Assembly: GCA_037441705.1 (NCBI GenBank)
Contig: JBBIRR010000011.1
Location: forward strand, 1-64,000
Origin: Ignavibacteriales bacterium
GTDB lineage: Bacteria > Bacteroidota > Ignavibacteria > UBA10030 > UBA6906
DNA length: 64,000 bases
Direction of reading: 5' to 3'
Below the pieces are notes generated by a model. It was not told the DNA's origin. It did not search any database and saw only the letters and a program-made list of their open reading frames with translations. Below, piece by piece: positions 30,314 through 39,705 of the stretch (positions are counted from its first letter, which is position 1; each line of letters starts with the position of its first letter). A program made the position numbers and the translations under genes.

Positions 30314-31332
30314 GGCGACTGGTTCTTGCGGGCATGCTGTTAGCATTGATCGTCCCTTCGTGCAAGAAAAGTGGACTGCAGCGCATTGCCCGCGAAACCA
30401 CCGTGATGGATACGTATCTTTCGGTCACTCTCTACGACGCACAGCTCAGCATTGCCGATGGCAACGCCATCATCGACTCGGTGTTTGCAGAAGTGAGCCG
30501 CGTCGAACAGCTCATGACGGACTATGCCGACACGAGTGAGGTGGGAAAGATCAACGTGTACGCAGGCAGAGACAGTGTCGCTGTTTCTCCGGAGCTTATC
30601 TACGTGCTCAAGGAGGCCCACGAGTTCGCCGAGCAATCGCGGGGAGCCTTCGATGTGACCATTGGGCCGATCGTCCGGGCGTGGGATTTCCTCGCTCCGG
30701 TGCATGAGATTCCGACGAGGGGCCGGCTGCGCTTCCTTCGCCGCTTTGTGAATTTCCGCAACGTGGTCATCGATAGCCCGAAGGTCTACTTGCGTCAGCG
30801 CGGCATGCGTCTGGACTTAGGCGGGATCGCAAAGGGCTACGCTGTCGATCGGTCGGTGGAGATTCTGAAACGGCGCGGCGTCAAACACGCCATCGTTGAT
30901 CTCGGCGGCAATCTTGGGGTGTGGTGGGAGGGAACCCATGCGCTCGATTCCGCTGTTGCCGAGATTTTGATCCGCCATCCGCGCAAGGAGGGAAAGTTTT
31001 TCGGATCGTTTTCTGCCGGCACATCCGGTATATCTACCTCGGGCGACTACCAGCGCTACTTCATCAAGGACGGCGTGCGCTATCATCACATCATCAATCC
31101 CGCAACGGGAACTCCGGCCAACGATGTCGTAAGCGTGACGATCATCGCTCAGGATGCGACAACCGCCGACGCTCTTTCGACGCTCGTGTTTGTGTTGGGG
31201 AGAGAGGAAGGAATGGCCTTTATCAAAAACTCGCCCGGAGTGGAAGGTGTGATTGTTTGGGAGGAAGGTGATTCGCTCCGATACATCCTCTCTCCCGGTC
31301 TGGAAGGGAAATTCGTTCGCTCTAATGATTAG
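30310..31332 (+). CDS. apbE: FAD:protein FMN transferase lipoprotein
   Basis: Lipoprotein-like signal 'LIVPSC'; 'MDT', 'GAFDVTIGP', 'DLGGIAKGYAVD', 'STSGDYQRYF', 'YHHIINPATG', 'ADALST'. Confidence 0.93.
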   Translation: MRRLVLAGMLLALIVPSCKKSGLQRIARETTVMDTYLSVTLYDAQLSIADGNAIIDSVFAEVSRVEQLMTDYADTSEVGKINVYAGRDSVAVSPELIYVLKEAHEFAEQSRGAFDVTIGPIVRAWDFLAPVHEIPTRGRLRFLRRFVNFRNVVIDSPKVYLRQRGMRLDLGGIAKGYAVDRSVEILKRRGVKHAIVDLGGNLGVWWEGTHALDSAVAEILIRHPRKEGKFFGSFSAGTSGISTSGDYQRYFIKDGVRYHHIINPATGTPANDVVSVTIIAQDATTADALSTLVFVLGREEGMAFIKNSPGVEGVIVWEEGDSLRYILSPGLEGKFVRSND

Positions 31333-32062
31333 CGTAGATTCGCTTTCGTACCGCTATCCCGGTGCCGATCGGGATGCCCTTCGGGCCATCTGCTTACAGT
31401 TCGCGGAGGGAAGCTTCACAGCCATCATGGGCGCAAACGGATCAGGCAAGAGCACATTGGCTCGATGCCTCAACGGCCTCCTGCGTCCAACATCGGGCTG
31501 CGTACTGGTGGATGGCCGCAATACGGCTGAAGCATCCTCGCTGCCCGCAATCCGCCGGGACGTTGGGCTTGTCTTTCAAGACCCTAACACACAGATGACA
31601 TCCCCGACGATCGAACGAGAGCTTGCCTTCGCGCTGCAGAACATTGGCGTGCCTGCGGCGGAGATGCACCAACGCGTGGAGGAAGAACTCCGCCGGTTGG
31701 GACTCACGAGCCGCAGAGGCGATGCTCCTTCCACACTCTCGGGCGGTGAGAAGCAGCGACTTGCCCTCGCTTCGGTAATGATGCTGCGCGCGAAATACCT
31801 CGTGCTCGACGAGCCGACGACGTTTCTCTCTCCCTCTTCACGACTGCGGCTGATGGAGGATTTGTCTCGCCTGCATCGTGAGCAGCACGTGGCGATTATT
31901 CTCATCACCCAACATCTTCGCGAAGCAAATCACGCGGAGCGCATCGTGGTCCTGGAAAACGGCACCGTTGCCTTCGATGATTCGCCTCAAGTGCTTGCCG
32001 GACGACGGAATGCGTTGCGCTCGTGGGGGATTGTGATCCCCCGAGAACTTGAGGTGCAATGA
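31325..32062 (+). CDS. ecfA1: ECF transporter ATPase (EcfA1-like)
   Basis: Walker A 'GANGSGKST', 'VGLVFQDPNTQ', 'LSGGEKQR', 'LDEPT'. Confidence 0.88.
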   Translation: MISVDSLSYRYPGADRDALRAICLQFAEGSFTAIMGANGSGKSTLARCLNGLLRPTSGCVLVDGRNTAEASSLPAIRRDVGLVFQDPNTQMTSPTIERELAFALQNIGVPAAEMHQRVEEELRRLGLTSRRGDAPSTLSGGEKQRLALASVMMLRAKYLVLDEPTTFLSPSSRLRLMEDLSRLHREQHVAIILITQHLREANHAERIVVLENGTVAFDDSPQVLAGRRNALRSWGIVIPRELEVQ

Positions 32063-32751
32063 TGGAGATTGCGCTGCAAGAAGTCTGCTTCGCCTACCGA
32101 TCGAAAGCCCTCGGCACGCGTAGCGTGTTCTCGGGCCTCACGACGAGAATTGCCCCGGGAGAAGTTGTGGCTGTCGTTGGTGAGGAGGGAAGCGGCAAGA
32201 GCACGCTGCTGCAGCTCGCAGATGGGTTGCTGCGTCCGGATTCCGGAGTCGTCTTGCTTGCGGGAGAAGATATCTGGCGGTCACCCAAACGCCTGCATGA
32301 ACTCCGGAGACGCATCGGCTTTGCATTCCAATTTCCCGAGTCACAGTTTTTCTGTGAGACTGTCCGTGATGAACTGCTGTACGCGTCGCGTACCTTCGGC
32401 GTTGGGCTTCCGTCTGATGATGAGATCAAGGCGTTGCTTTCGGAACTGGGTCTCTCGCGGGAGATTCTTGGGCGATCTCCGTTCGCGCTGAGCATGGGGG
32501 AGGCTCGTCGCGTAGCGCTTGCCAGCGTGTTGCTGCACAAGCCTCAGGTGCTGTTATTCGATGAACCGACAGCCGGACTTGATTGCTTTGGTGTTGAGTG
32601 TGTCAAGGGCTTGCTCCGGCGGCTGATGCACGAAGGCACGACGATGGTGATAGCTTCGCATGATGAGGAGTTGATTTCTTCTGTAGCGCACCGCGCCATA
32701 CATCTGGCCGAGGGCAAGATAGCGAAGGAATTTTCCGGACAGTCAGCCTGA
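32059..32751 (+). CDS. ecfA2: ECF transporter ATPase (EcfA2-like)
   Basis: 'GEEGSGKST', 'FQFPESQFFCETV', 'RSPFALSMGEARRVA', 'FDEPTAGLD'. Confidence 0.88.
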   Translation: MMEIALQEVCFAYRSKALGTRSVFSGLTTRIAPGEVVAVVGEEGSGKSTLLQLADGLLRPDSGVVLLAGEDIWRSPKRLHELRRRIGFAFQFPESQFFCETVRDELLYASRTFGVGLPSDDEIKALLSELGLSREILGRSPFALSMGEARRVALASVLLHKPQVLLFDEPTAGLDCFGVECVKGLLRRLMHEGTTMVIASHDEELISSVAHRAIHLAEGKIAKEFSGQSA

Positions 32752-32757
32752 CTTTTC

Positions 32758-33507
32758 TCACAGCAGTAACACGAGAGCTATCTCCCCGAGGATGATGAGG
32801 AGAGCGATCCAATCCCTTCCCTTCAGGCGCAGCACGCTGTAGTTCGTCCGCTCGAACGACGGGTCGTAACCGCGAGCTTCCATCGCTTCGGCAAGATGAT
32901 GGGACGTGCGCACTGCGGAGACGAACAGCGGCAGTGCCGCAGAGAGCGCAAACCGGATCTGCCGGATGAAGTTTGCGTCGGCATCGGCTCCTCGTGCGAG
33001 CTGCGCCCGCTTAATCTGTTGGGCTGATTGGACGAGCATCGGAACGAAGTTGACCGTCAGGCCGACGACAACGATGGTCGGTCCCAGCATGCGACGAAAT
33101 GGGGAGAGGAGGCTCTCGATGGCATCCAGAATTTCCGCGGTTCGTGTTGTTTGCATGAAGAGAAAAGAACAGAACAAAAGGAGAACGAGCCGCGCGGAAA
33201 GCATAAGTCCCTGCGTCAGCCCTTCCACAGTTCCGTAATAACCGAATATCTCAACAAACACGTCGCCGCTGAGCGTGAAGGTGTTCAGGATCGTTACAAA
33301 CGCGACGAACCACGTCACTCGCAACATCTTGCCGAACAGGGTCCGAAAACTGATGGGGGAAACAACCGTAGCTGCGGCGACCGCAAGTGCGGCGCCCATG
33401 ATTGCCTGCAAAGTTGGAACGAACAGCAGTTGGACCGAAAGAAGGATGAGTGCGAAGAGTTTTACCCTCGGATCAAGGAGTTCGATATGTGAGCGGCGAG
33501 CGTGCAT
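32758..33507 (-). CDS. ecfT: ECF transporter T component
   Basis: 'LLDPRVKL', two XRG motifs 'AQLARGA' and 'AMEARGY', multiple TMs. Confidence 0.9.
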   Translation of the reverse strand: MHARRSHIELLDPRVKLFALILLSVQLLFVPTLQAIMGAALAVAAATVVSPISFRTLFGKMLRVTWFVAFVTILNTFTLSGDVFVEIFGYYGTVEGLTQGLMLSARLVLLLFCSFLFMQTTRTAEILDAIESLLSPFRRMLGPTIVVVGLTVNFVPMLVQSAQQIKRAQLARGADADANFIRQIRFALSAALPLFVSAVRTSHHLAEAMEARGYDPSFERTNYSVLRLKGRDWIALLIILGEIALVLLL

Positions 33508-33528
33508 GGAACGAGCGCTGTCGTGAAC

Positions 33529-33556
33529 AATGTATAGAAAAAGGTTACGGAATCAA
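33529..33556 (-). promoter_or_regulatory. Putative promoter of ecfT
   Basis: Minus strand TTGATT-16-TACATT, 21 bp before the ATG. Confidence 0.45.
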
Positions 33557-33682
33557 CCGGTGGCTGATTGTTGGCCGCCTACATCGGGGTGACCTCAAAC
33601 ACACGACACACTGTTTGGTTTCAGTATCATGAAGCCGAATCGTCTGCCCACCCGTTTCAGAATATCTCGGAGAACAACGTTC

Positions 33683-34342
33683 ATGCATTGGTCCGCCGAC
33701 GATAGTACACCTTCCGTTGAGAACCCTTACCACAGGGCAAAAGTGGAACATTACATGGCTCGCGCTGAAGACCTTTTCCGGATGGCTCGCTACAGCGCGG
33801 CGAAGAAAACCCTTACCACGGTGTTTCAACTGGATTCGGAGTACAGACCGGCGCGGCAGCTTCTGGCGAGCATCGAGCAGACGATGAATGCCCTCCTGAG
33901 CAATTCCACGTCCTCGGCGTTCGTTCCCAATCATATGCCTCAGGGCCTGCGGCGGAATGAGCTTGTTCTTGTGGTAGATCAAGATGAACGCATCCTCAGC
34001 ACGATGGCCGAGACGCTCCGCAAGTACGGTTTCGGTGCCGTTGGGGCGGCGAGTTTTGAGGAAGCGGTGGAGGCACTCGCCATCTTTCGTCCACACCTCA
34101 TCATCTCTGAAGTCAATTTTGAAAATGGCCCCGTGGGATACGATCTGTATCTGTGGGTACGCCACAACGAAGAATTGAAAGGCATACCTTTCCTCTATCT
34201 CGCCACGCGCGTCACACGTGAGATGCTTATCGCCGGTAAGCGCATGGGAGTGGATGAGTTCATCGTCAAGCCGCTCGATGAGGAATTGGTGATGGCTTCC
34301 GTGATCAACTGCCTCTCCCGCCAGAAGAAAAAGGTGGCGTAG
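33683..34342 (+). CDS. Atypical response regulator: TPR-like helical N-terminus plus receiver with Glu at the phospho-Asp position
   Basis: GGAG upstream of ATG 33683; 'VLVVDQD', 'PHLIISEV', 'IPFLYLA', 'FIVKP'. Confidence 0.8.
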   Translation: MHWSADDSTPSVENPYHRAKVEHYMARAEDLFRMARYSAAKKTLTTVFQLDSEYRPARQLLASIEQTMNALLSNSTSSAFVPNHMPQGLRRNELVLVVDQDERILSTMAETLRKYGFGAVGAASFEEAVEALAIFRPHLIISEVNFENGPVGYDLYLWVRHNEELKGIPFLYLATRVTREMLIAGKRMGVDEFIVKPLDEELVMASVINCLSRQKKKVA

Positions 34343-34456
34343 AGCCTTTCTTCGCATACGCGCCTTAATCTCGCCTGCATCTCCACGCACGTCTTGCGTG
34401 AAGACTGACTCGCGCTTTATTGCTTTTCCCTGCGCCTCTTCGTACCTTTTTGTGTG

Positions 34457-35119
34457 ATGATTTCCTCAACACACATAACTACGCTGACGGTCAACGAAAT
34501 TTTCTACAGCATTCAAGGCGAATCTACGTTCGCGGGTCTACCGTGTGTTTTTGTGCGACTGACGTTCTGCAATCTCCGCTGTGTGTGGTGCGATACGGAA
34601 TACGCTTTCTACGAAGGCGCACCGATGACGATAGCGGAGATTCTCGACGAGGTTGCACGTTACGGCTGCAATCTTGTGGAAGTGACGGGTGGAGAACCAC
34701 TTGCCCAGGCCGGAACGCACGATCTGTTGATGATGCTGTGCGACCGCGGCTACACGGTGTTGCTGGAGACGAGCGGCAGCATCAGCATTGCTGACGTTGA
34801 CCCGCGCGTCCGCATCATCATGGACATCAAATGTCCCGGCAGCGGCATGGAGAAGAAGAACCTGTGGGACAACATTCTCCACCTGAAGCCGACCGACGAG
34901 GTGAAGTTTGTTGTAGCAAACAAGGACGATTTTGATTGGGCAGCGGATGTTGTGAGAAAGCATGAGTTGGAGAAACGATGCGTCGTGCTGTTCTCGCCCG
35001 TCTTTGGCGACGTGCAGCCGATAGACCTCGCACAATGGTTGTTAGCGGAAGGCCTGAACGCACGACTGCAACTGCAACTGCACAAGTTCATCTGGGAGCC
35101 GGAGACGCGAGGCGTATGA
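34457..35119 (+). CDS. queE: 7-carboxy-7-deazaguanine synthase (radical SAM)
   Basis: 'EIFYSIQGE', '[16 protein letters not shown]', 'TGGEP', 'LETSG', 'QLHK'. Confidence 0.93.
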   Translation: MISSTHITTLTVNEIFYSIQGESTFAGLPCVFVRLTFCNLRCVWCDTEYAFYEGAPMTIAEILDEVARYGCNLVEVTGGEPLAQAGTHDLLMMLCDRGYTVLLETSGSISIADVDPRVRIIMDIKCPGSGMEKKNLWDNILHLKPTDEVKFVVANKDDFDWAADVVRKHELEKRCVVLFSPVFGDVQPIDLAQWLLAEGLNARLQLQLHKFIWEPETRGV

Positions 35120-35805
35120 GTCGTGAGCGGATAGCGGTGGTGTTAGCGAGCGGCGGGATGGATAGTTGCGTCACGACCGCCATCGCTGCACAGGAGTACA
35201 CGCTTGCGCTGCTGCATGTGAATTACGGACAAAAAACCGAACGACGCGAGCTGCAAGCATTCAACGCCGTTGCTGATTATTATGCAGTGAACAGACGGCT
35301 CGTGGTCTCGATGGAACATCTCGCGAAGATCGGCGGTTCGAGTCTCACCGATGCCTCGATCCCTGTTTCAACGGCGAACCTCTCCTCGAAGGAAATTCCC
35401 ACATCGTACGTGCCGTTTCGCAACGCGAACATGCTCTCGGTGGCAGTGAGTTGGGCGGAAGTTCTCGGCGCATCGGCGATCTTCATCGGTGCGGTGCAGG
35501 AGGACTCCTCGGGGTACCCGGATTGCCGCCGCGAGTTCTACGATGCGTTCGAGAAAGTGATCGAGGTTGGAACGAAGCCGACAACCTCCATCGAACTCAT
35601 CACGCCCATTATTCACATGACAAAAATGGAGATCGTACTGCGCGGGGTTGCGCTCGGCGCGCCGCTGCACCTGACGTGGTCATGCTACCAACGAGAAGAT
35701 GTTGCATGCGGCATCTGCGATAGCTGCGCGCTGAGGCTGCGCGGGTTTCAGCTGGCGGGTGTTGAGGATCCGATTCCGTATGCACACCGGCCGATTTATG
35801 CGTGA
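35116..35805 (+). CDS. queC: 7-cyano-7-deazaguanine synthase
   Basis: 'SGGMDS', 'YGQK', 'YVPFRN', 'SGYPDCR', 'TWSCY...[10 protein letters not shown]'. Confidence 0.95.
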   Translation: MSRERIAVVLASGGMDSCVTTAIAAQEYTLALLHVNYGQKTERRELQAFNAVADYYAVNRRLVVSMEHLAKIGGSSLTDASIPVSTANLSSKEIPTSYVPFRNANMLSVAVSWAEVLGASAIFIGAVQEDSSGYPDCRREFYDAFEKVIEVGTKPTTSIELITPIIHMTKMEIVLRGVALGAPLHLTWSCYQREDVACGICDSCALRLRGFQLAGVEDPIPYAHRPIYA

Positions 35806-35862
35806 GAAATCCGCGGGAGAAAAAGTACTCTCATCAACTCTTGAAAGCGAAAAGGAACCGTT

Positions 35863-37380
35863 ATGGAACATTTCAAAAGCAGCATCTACAAATTGATTGT
35901 CGAAACCTCCAGCAACCTGCCGCCCGATGTTCGGCGGGCGCTTGTCCGGGCGATGGAGGAGGAGAACCCGAATACGCAGTCCGGACTCGCGCTGCAAACC
36001 ATTGCCGTCAACGTGGACATGGCGTGCGAGCTTGAAGCCCCCATCTGCCAGGACACCGGCATGCCGACGTTCGTCATTCATTGCCCGGTCGGGGCAAATC
36101 AGATCGTCATGAAGCAGCAAATTCTGGAGGCAGTTGCCGAAGCAACGACCAAAGGCAAACTGCGTCCGAACTCCGTGGACTCGATCACGGGCAAAAACAG
36201 CGGCAACAACCTCGGGCCGGGCACGCCGGTGATTCACTTCGAGCAATGGGAAAACGACGACATTGACGTCCGCCTTATCCTCAAAGGCGGCGGTTGCGAG
36301 AACAAGAACATCCAGTACTCACTCCCGACAGAGCTGCCGCATCTCGGTCGTGCGGATCGCAACTTAGAAGGCGTTCGCAAGGCGATCATGCACGCGGTCT
36401 ATCAGGCGCAGGGCCAGGGATGCAGCGTCGGCGCCATCGGCGTCGCGATCGGCGGCGACCGCACGTCGGGTTACGAGTACGCCAAGCAGCAGCTCTTTCG
36501 TTCGCTCGATGACGTGAATCCGAACCCCGAGCTGGCGCAACTCGAGGCGCGCATCATGGCGGATGCAAACAAGCTCGGCATCGGGACCATGGGCTTCGGC
36601 GGACGCGTGACGCTCATCGGTTGCAAGATCGGCGCATACAATCGTCTGCCGGCAAGTTTCTTCGTCAGCGTGGCGTACGACTGCTGGGCCTTCCGTCGGC
36701 TTGGGGTTGTGTTAGATTCCCGCACCGGCGCAATCAAGCGCTGGTTGTACAAAGAGGAAGGACCCGCCGTGAAGATGGCCAAACGGGAAGGTTTGCCCCT
36801 CACCGGACGCGAAGTGTCGCTCACAACGCCCATCTCCGAATCGCAGGTACGCCAATTGAAGGTCGGCGATGTTGTGCTGCTCAACGGACTCGTGCACATG
36901 GGCAGGGATATGCTCCACCATCATTTGATGACGCACGATGCGCCTGTGGACTTGCGCGGCGCGGCACTCTATCACTGCGGCCCCGTCGTGCTGAAAGCCA
37001 ACGGCAAGTGGAACATGACCGCGGCCGGCCCCACGACGAGCAGCCGCGAGGAGCCGTATCAAGCCGAGATCATCAAGAAGTTCGGCATTCGTGCCGTGAT
37101 CGGGAAAGGCGGAATGGGGGCGAAGACACTTGCAGCGCTGAAGGAATACGGCGCGGTGTACCTCAACGCTATCGGCGGCGCGGCGCAGTTCTATGCAAAG
37201 TGCATCACCGAAGTCAAGGGCGTGGATTTCCTTGAAGAGTTCGGTGTACCCGAAGCAATGTGGCATGTGGTCGTAAAGGATTTTCCCGCCATCGTTACGA
37301 TGGATGCAAACGGCAACAGCCTCCACGCCGATGTGGACAAGGCAAGCGCGGAGGAACTGAAGAAGTTTGCGGAGGTGTGA
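35863..37380 (+). CDS. fumA: Class I (Fe-S) fumarate hydratase
   Basis: 'PICQDTG', 'KGGGCEN', 'GRD', 'HCGPV', 'GPTTSSREEPY', 'GKGGMG', 'DFPAIVTMD'. Confidence 0.92.
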   Translation: MEHFKSSIYKLIVETSSNLPPDVRRALVRAMEEENPNTQSGLALQTIAVNVDMACELEAPICQDTGMPTFVIHCPVGANQIVMKQQILEAVAEATTKGKLRPNSVDSITGKNSGNNLGPGTPVIHFEQWENDDIDVRLILKGGGCENKNIQYSLPTELPHLGRADRNLEGVRKAIMHAVYQAQGQGCSVGAIGVAIGGDRTSGYEYAKQQLFRSLDDVNPNPELAQLEARIMADANKLGIGTMGFGGRVTLIGCKIGAYNRLPASFFVSVAYDCWAFRRLGVVLDSRTGAIKRWLYKEEGPAVKMAKREGLPLTGREVSLTTPISESQVRQLKVGDVVLLNGLVHMGRDMLHHHLMTHDAPVDLRGAALYHCGPVVLKANGKWNMTAAGPTTSSREEPYQAEIIKKFGIRAVIGKGGMGAKTLAALKEYGAVYLNAIGGAAQFYAKCITEVKGVDFLEEFGVPEAMWHVVVKDFPAIVTMDANGNSLHADVDKASAEELKKFAEV

Positions 37381-37427
37381 GGGGGGCGCACACCATCAAA
37401 ACGTTAGTGTAGATGGGAGGTGATGCT

Positions 37428-37877
37428 ATGAAGTCTCGATTCCTTATCATCTTGATGTGCCTTGGCTGCTGCTTTCTGGGCTGCAAGGATTTCGGCGAGG
37501 AATTGCAATCGGAGGACTGGCAGTTCACGGGAGTGAACAGGCCCTGGACTCTGTACTCGCTCCAGCTCAACGGTGTACCGGTCTCGATACCTGCGGGGCA
37601 GGTATTCTCGTACTCGGTGTTGTTTGAAAATGAAACGAGCTTTCGCGCGCAGAGTCATTGCAATTCTTGCTATGGCAGCTACCGCGTTGGTTTGCGCAAC
37701 GCATTTGCGGTTTCTTTTCTCTCCTGCACCGAGATGCTGTGCCCACCGCCTTCGGTGGACGGAGAGTTTCGGGAAGCCCTGCGTCGCGTTTCTTCTTATG
37801 AATCTGATGAATACTCCCTTACCCTTTGGGGGGATAATGGAAAAACCGTCTTGCGCTTCTTTTACAACATTCGTTAG
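37428..37877 (+). CDS. META (HslJ-like) domain lipoprotein
   Basis: GGAGG RBS; lipobox 'FLGC'; 'WTL', 'HCNSCYGSY', 'CTEMLC', 'LTL'. Confidence 0.7.
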   Translation: MKSRFLIILMCLGCCFLGCKDFGEELQSEDWQFTGVNRPWTLYSLQLNGVPVSIPAGQVFSYSVLFENETSFRAQSHCNSCYGSYRVGLRNAFAVSFLSCTEMLCPPPSVDGEFREALRRVSSYESDEYSLTLWGDNGKTVLRFFYNIR

Positions 37878-37909
37878 CATCCTTCATCAATCACTTTTGG
37901 AGAATCCTC

Positions 37910-38407
37910 ATGCTCAGCAAAACCATCCACCAGGCGTTCAACAACCAAATTAAGGACGAATTGGAATCGGCGTACCTGTATCTTGCCATGTCCTCCTACT
38001 GCAACGCCCAGAGCTTTTTTGGCTTTGCAAAATGGCTGCGGATGCAGGCGCAGGAAGAGTTGGGCCACGGCATGAGGTTGTTCGACTACGTGCATCACCG
38101 CGGCGGGCAGGTGTCGCTTCAGGCAATCGAGCAGCCGAAGGCGAGTTTCCCCGATTTGTTGGAGGTGTTCACGACGGTGTTGGGGCATGAGCAGAAAGTG
38201 ACCGAGCGAATCCACAAGCTGTACGAACTGACGCTGAAGGAGAACGATTACGCCAGCCAGATCGAGCTGCAATGGTTCATCACCGAGCAGGTGGAGGAAG
38301 AGCAAAGCGCAAAAACCATTGTCGAGCAGCTCGTGCTCGTCGGTGAGAACAAAGCGGCGCTGCTGATGATGGATCGGGAGATGGCGGCACGGACGAGCGC
38401 GGCATAG
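37910..38407 (+). CDS. ftn: Non-heme ferritin
   Basis: 'NQIKDELESAYLYLAMS', 'QAQEELGHG', 'HEQKVT', 'LQWFITEQVEEE'. Confidence 0.95.
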   Translation: MLSKTIHQAFNNQIKDELESAYLYLAMSSYCNAQSFFGFAKWLRMQAQEELGHGMRLFDYVHHRGGQVSLQAIEQPKASFPDLLEVFTTVLGHEQKVTERIHKLYELTLKENDYASQIELQWFITEQVEEEQSAKTIVEQLVLVGENKAALLMMDREMAARTSAA

Positions 38408-38417
38408 TCAGGGGACG

Positions 38418-39656
38418 TTGCCCATGCCCGCGAGGCTCTGGGATGCGCTCATCGCGGCGATGACCACGCTGGCCGGTGTGGTCATTCCGCTGGAGCTTGT
38501 TATCGGCCTGCAGATGCCTGCAGGCTTTGTTGTGTTTGAGTGGGTACTCACGGTGGTGTTTGCGGCCGACCTTGTCGTCCGGCTGCGGCAGGCTCGCCGG
38601 TCGAGACACGGCGCGCACCGCCGCTCTCACACATACACCTGGGCGGTTATTGACAGCATAGCCGCGTTCCCATTCTTCCTTTTCCCGCTGCCTCCGGTCG
38701 CACACCTCTTCCGCTTCTTCAAGTTCGGACGCCTGATGCAGGCGATGCGTACATACTGGATGCACAACATCCATCAGTCGCTTGTTATTCGGCTCGTACT
38801 GTTCAGCTACTGGTTGGTTCTTGCCACACACTGGTCTTCCTGCGTCTGGCTGATGATACGGGGGATGGACCCTCGCACGGATGTTGAAACAAGTTATATC
38901 GGCAGCCTCTACTTCTGCATTTCCACAGTCTCCACCGTCGGCTTTGGCGACATCACACCAACGACGAACGCCGAGAGGCTCTTTGTTATAGGCATGATGC
39001 TCTTGGGTGTCGGCGTGTATGGCTTTGCCATCGGTAACGTTGCGAGCATGCTTACGCGCATCGATCCGGCCCGGGCCCACTATATCGAGAACATGGAGAA
39101 GCTCGCCGCCTTCATGCGCTATAAAGCTGTGCCCGAAGATCTACGCAGGCGGATGACCGACTTCTACACGTATTTATGGGAGAAGCGCCTCGGCTATGAT
39201 GAAGCCGCCATCCTCATGTCGCTTCCGCCGAGTTTGCGAACGGAAGTGTCGCTGTTCCTGAAGCGCGACGTCATTCAGAGAGTGCCGCTGTTCAAAGATG
39301 CGGGCGAGGCATTTGTGCGCGATATTGCGCTGCAGATGTTGCCTGTGGTGTTTCTGCCGGGCGATTTCGTTTGTCGTGCGGGAGAGCCGGGCAACACGAT
39401 GTATTTTGTGAGTCGCGGCGAGCTTGAGGTTCTTTCAAAGGACGGAAAAACGGTGCTCGCCCTTCTGCGTGATGGAGATTTTTTTGGAGAGATTGCGTTG
39501 ATTCTGAACCAGCCGCGTTCGGCAAGCGTAAGAGCGAGAACCTACTGCGACCTCTATGCCCTGGATCGCCCGTTGTTACAGCGTGTGCTCGCCAACTATC
39601 CCGACGTTGCCAGCAAGATCGAAGCGCGTGCGCGGGAGAGGAGTTTGAGGGAGTAA
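38418..39656 (+). CDS. Cyclic nucleotide-gated K+ channel (SthK-like)
   Basis: Selectivity filter 'TVGFGD', S4-like 'FRFFKFGRL', C-linker, CNBD 'GDFFGEIAL...RSASVRA'. Confidence 0.9.
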   Translation: MPMPARLWDALIAAMTTLAGVVIPLELVIGLQMPAGFVVFEWVLTVVFAADLVVRLRQARRSRHGAHRRSHTYTWAVIDSIAAFPFFLFPLPPVAHLFRFFKFGRLMQAMRTYWMHNIHQSLVIRLVLFSYWLVLATHWSSCVWLMIRGMDPRTDVETSYIGSLYFCISTVSTVGFGDITPTTNAERLFVIGMMLLGVGVYGFAIGNVASMLTRIDPARAHYIENMEKLAAFMRYKAVPEDLRRRMTDFYTYLWEKRLGYDEAAILMSLPPSLRTEVSLFLKRDVIQRVPLFKDAGEAFVRDIALQMLPVVFLPGDFVCRAGEPGNTMYFVSRGELEVLSKDGKTVLALLRDGDFFGEIALILNQPRSASVRARTYCDLYALDRPLLQRVLANYPDVASKIEARARERSLRE

Positions 39657-39705
39657 AACCGCGTCGCACGATGGTGCCGGCAGCAAACCAATTCGGCAGC
39701 AAGAG

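Noticed and set aside
34343-35805. queE-queC as a 7-deazaguanine DNA-modification (dpd) island, or with a preQ1 riboswitch
   Set aside because: No dpdA/tgt-like or defence genes nearby and no preQ1 aptamer recognised; housekeeping queuosine synthesis is the simpler reading.
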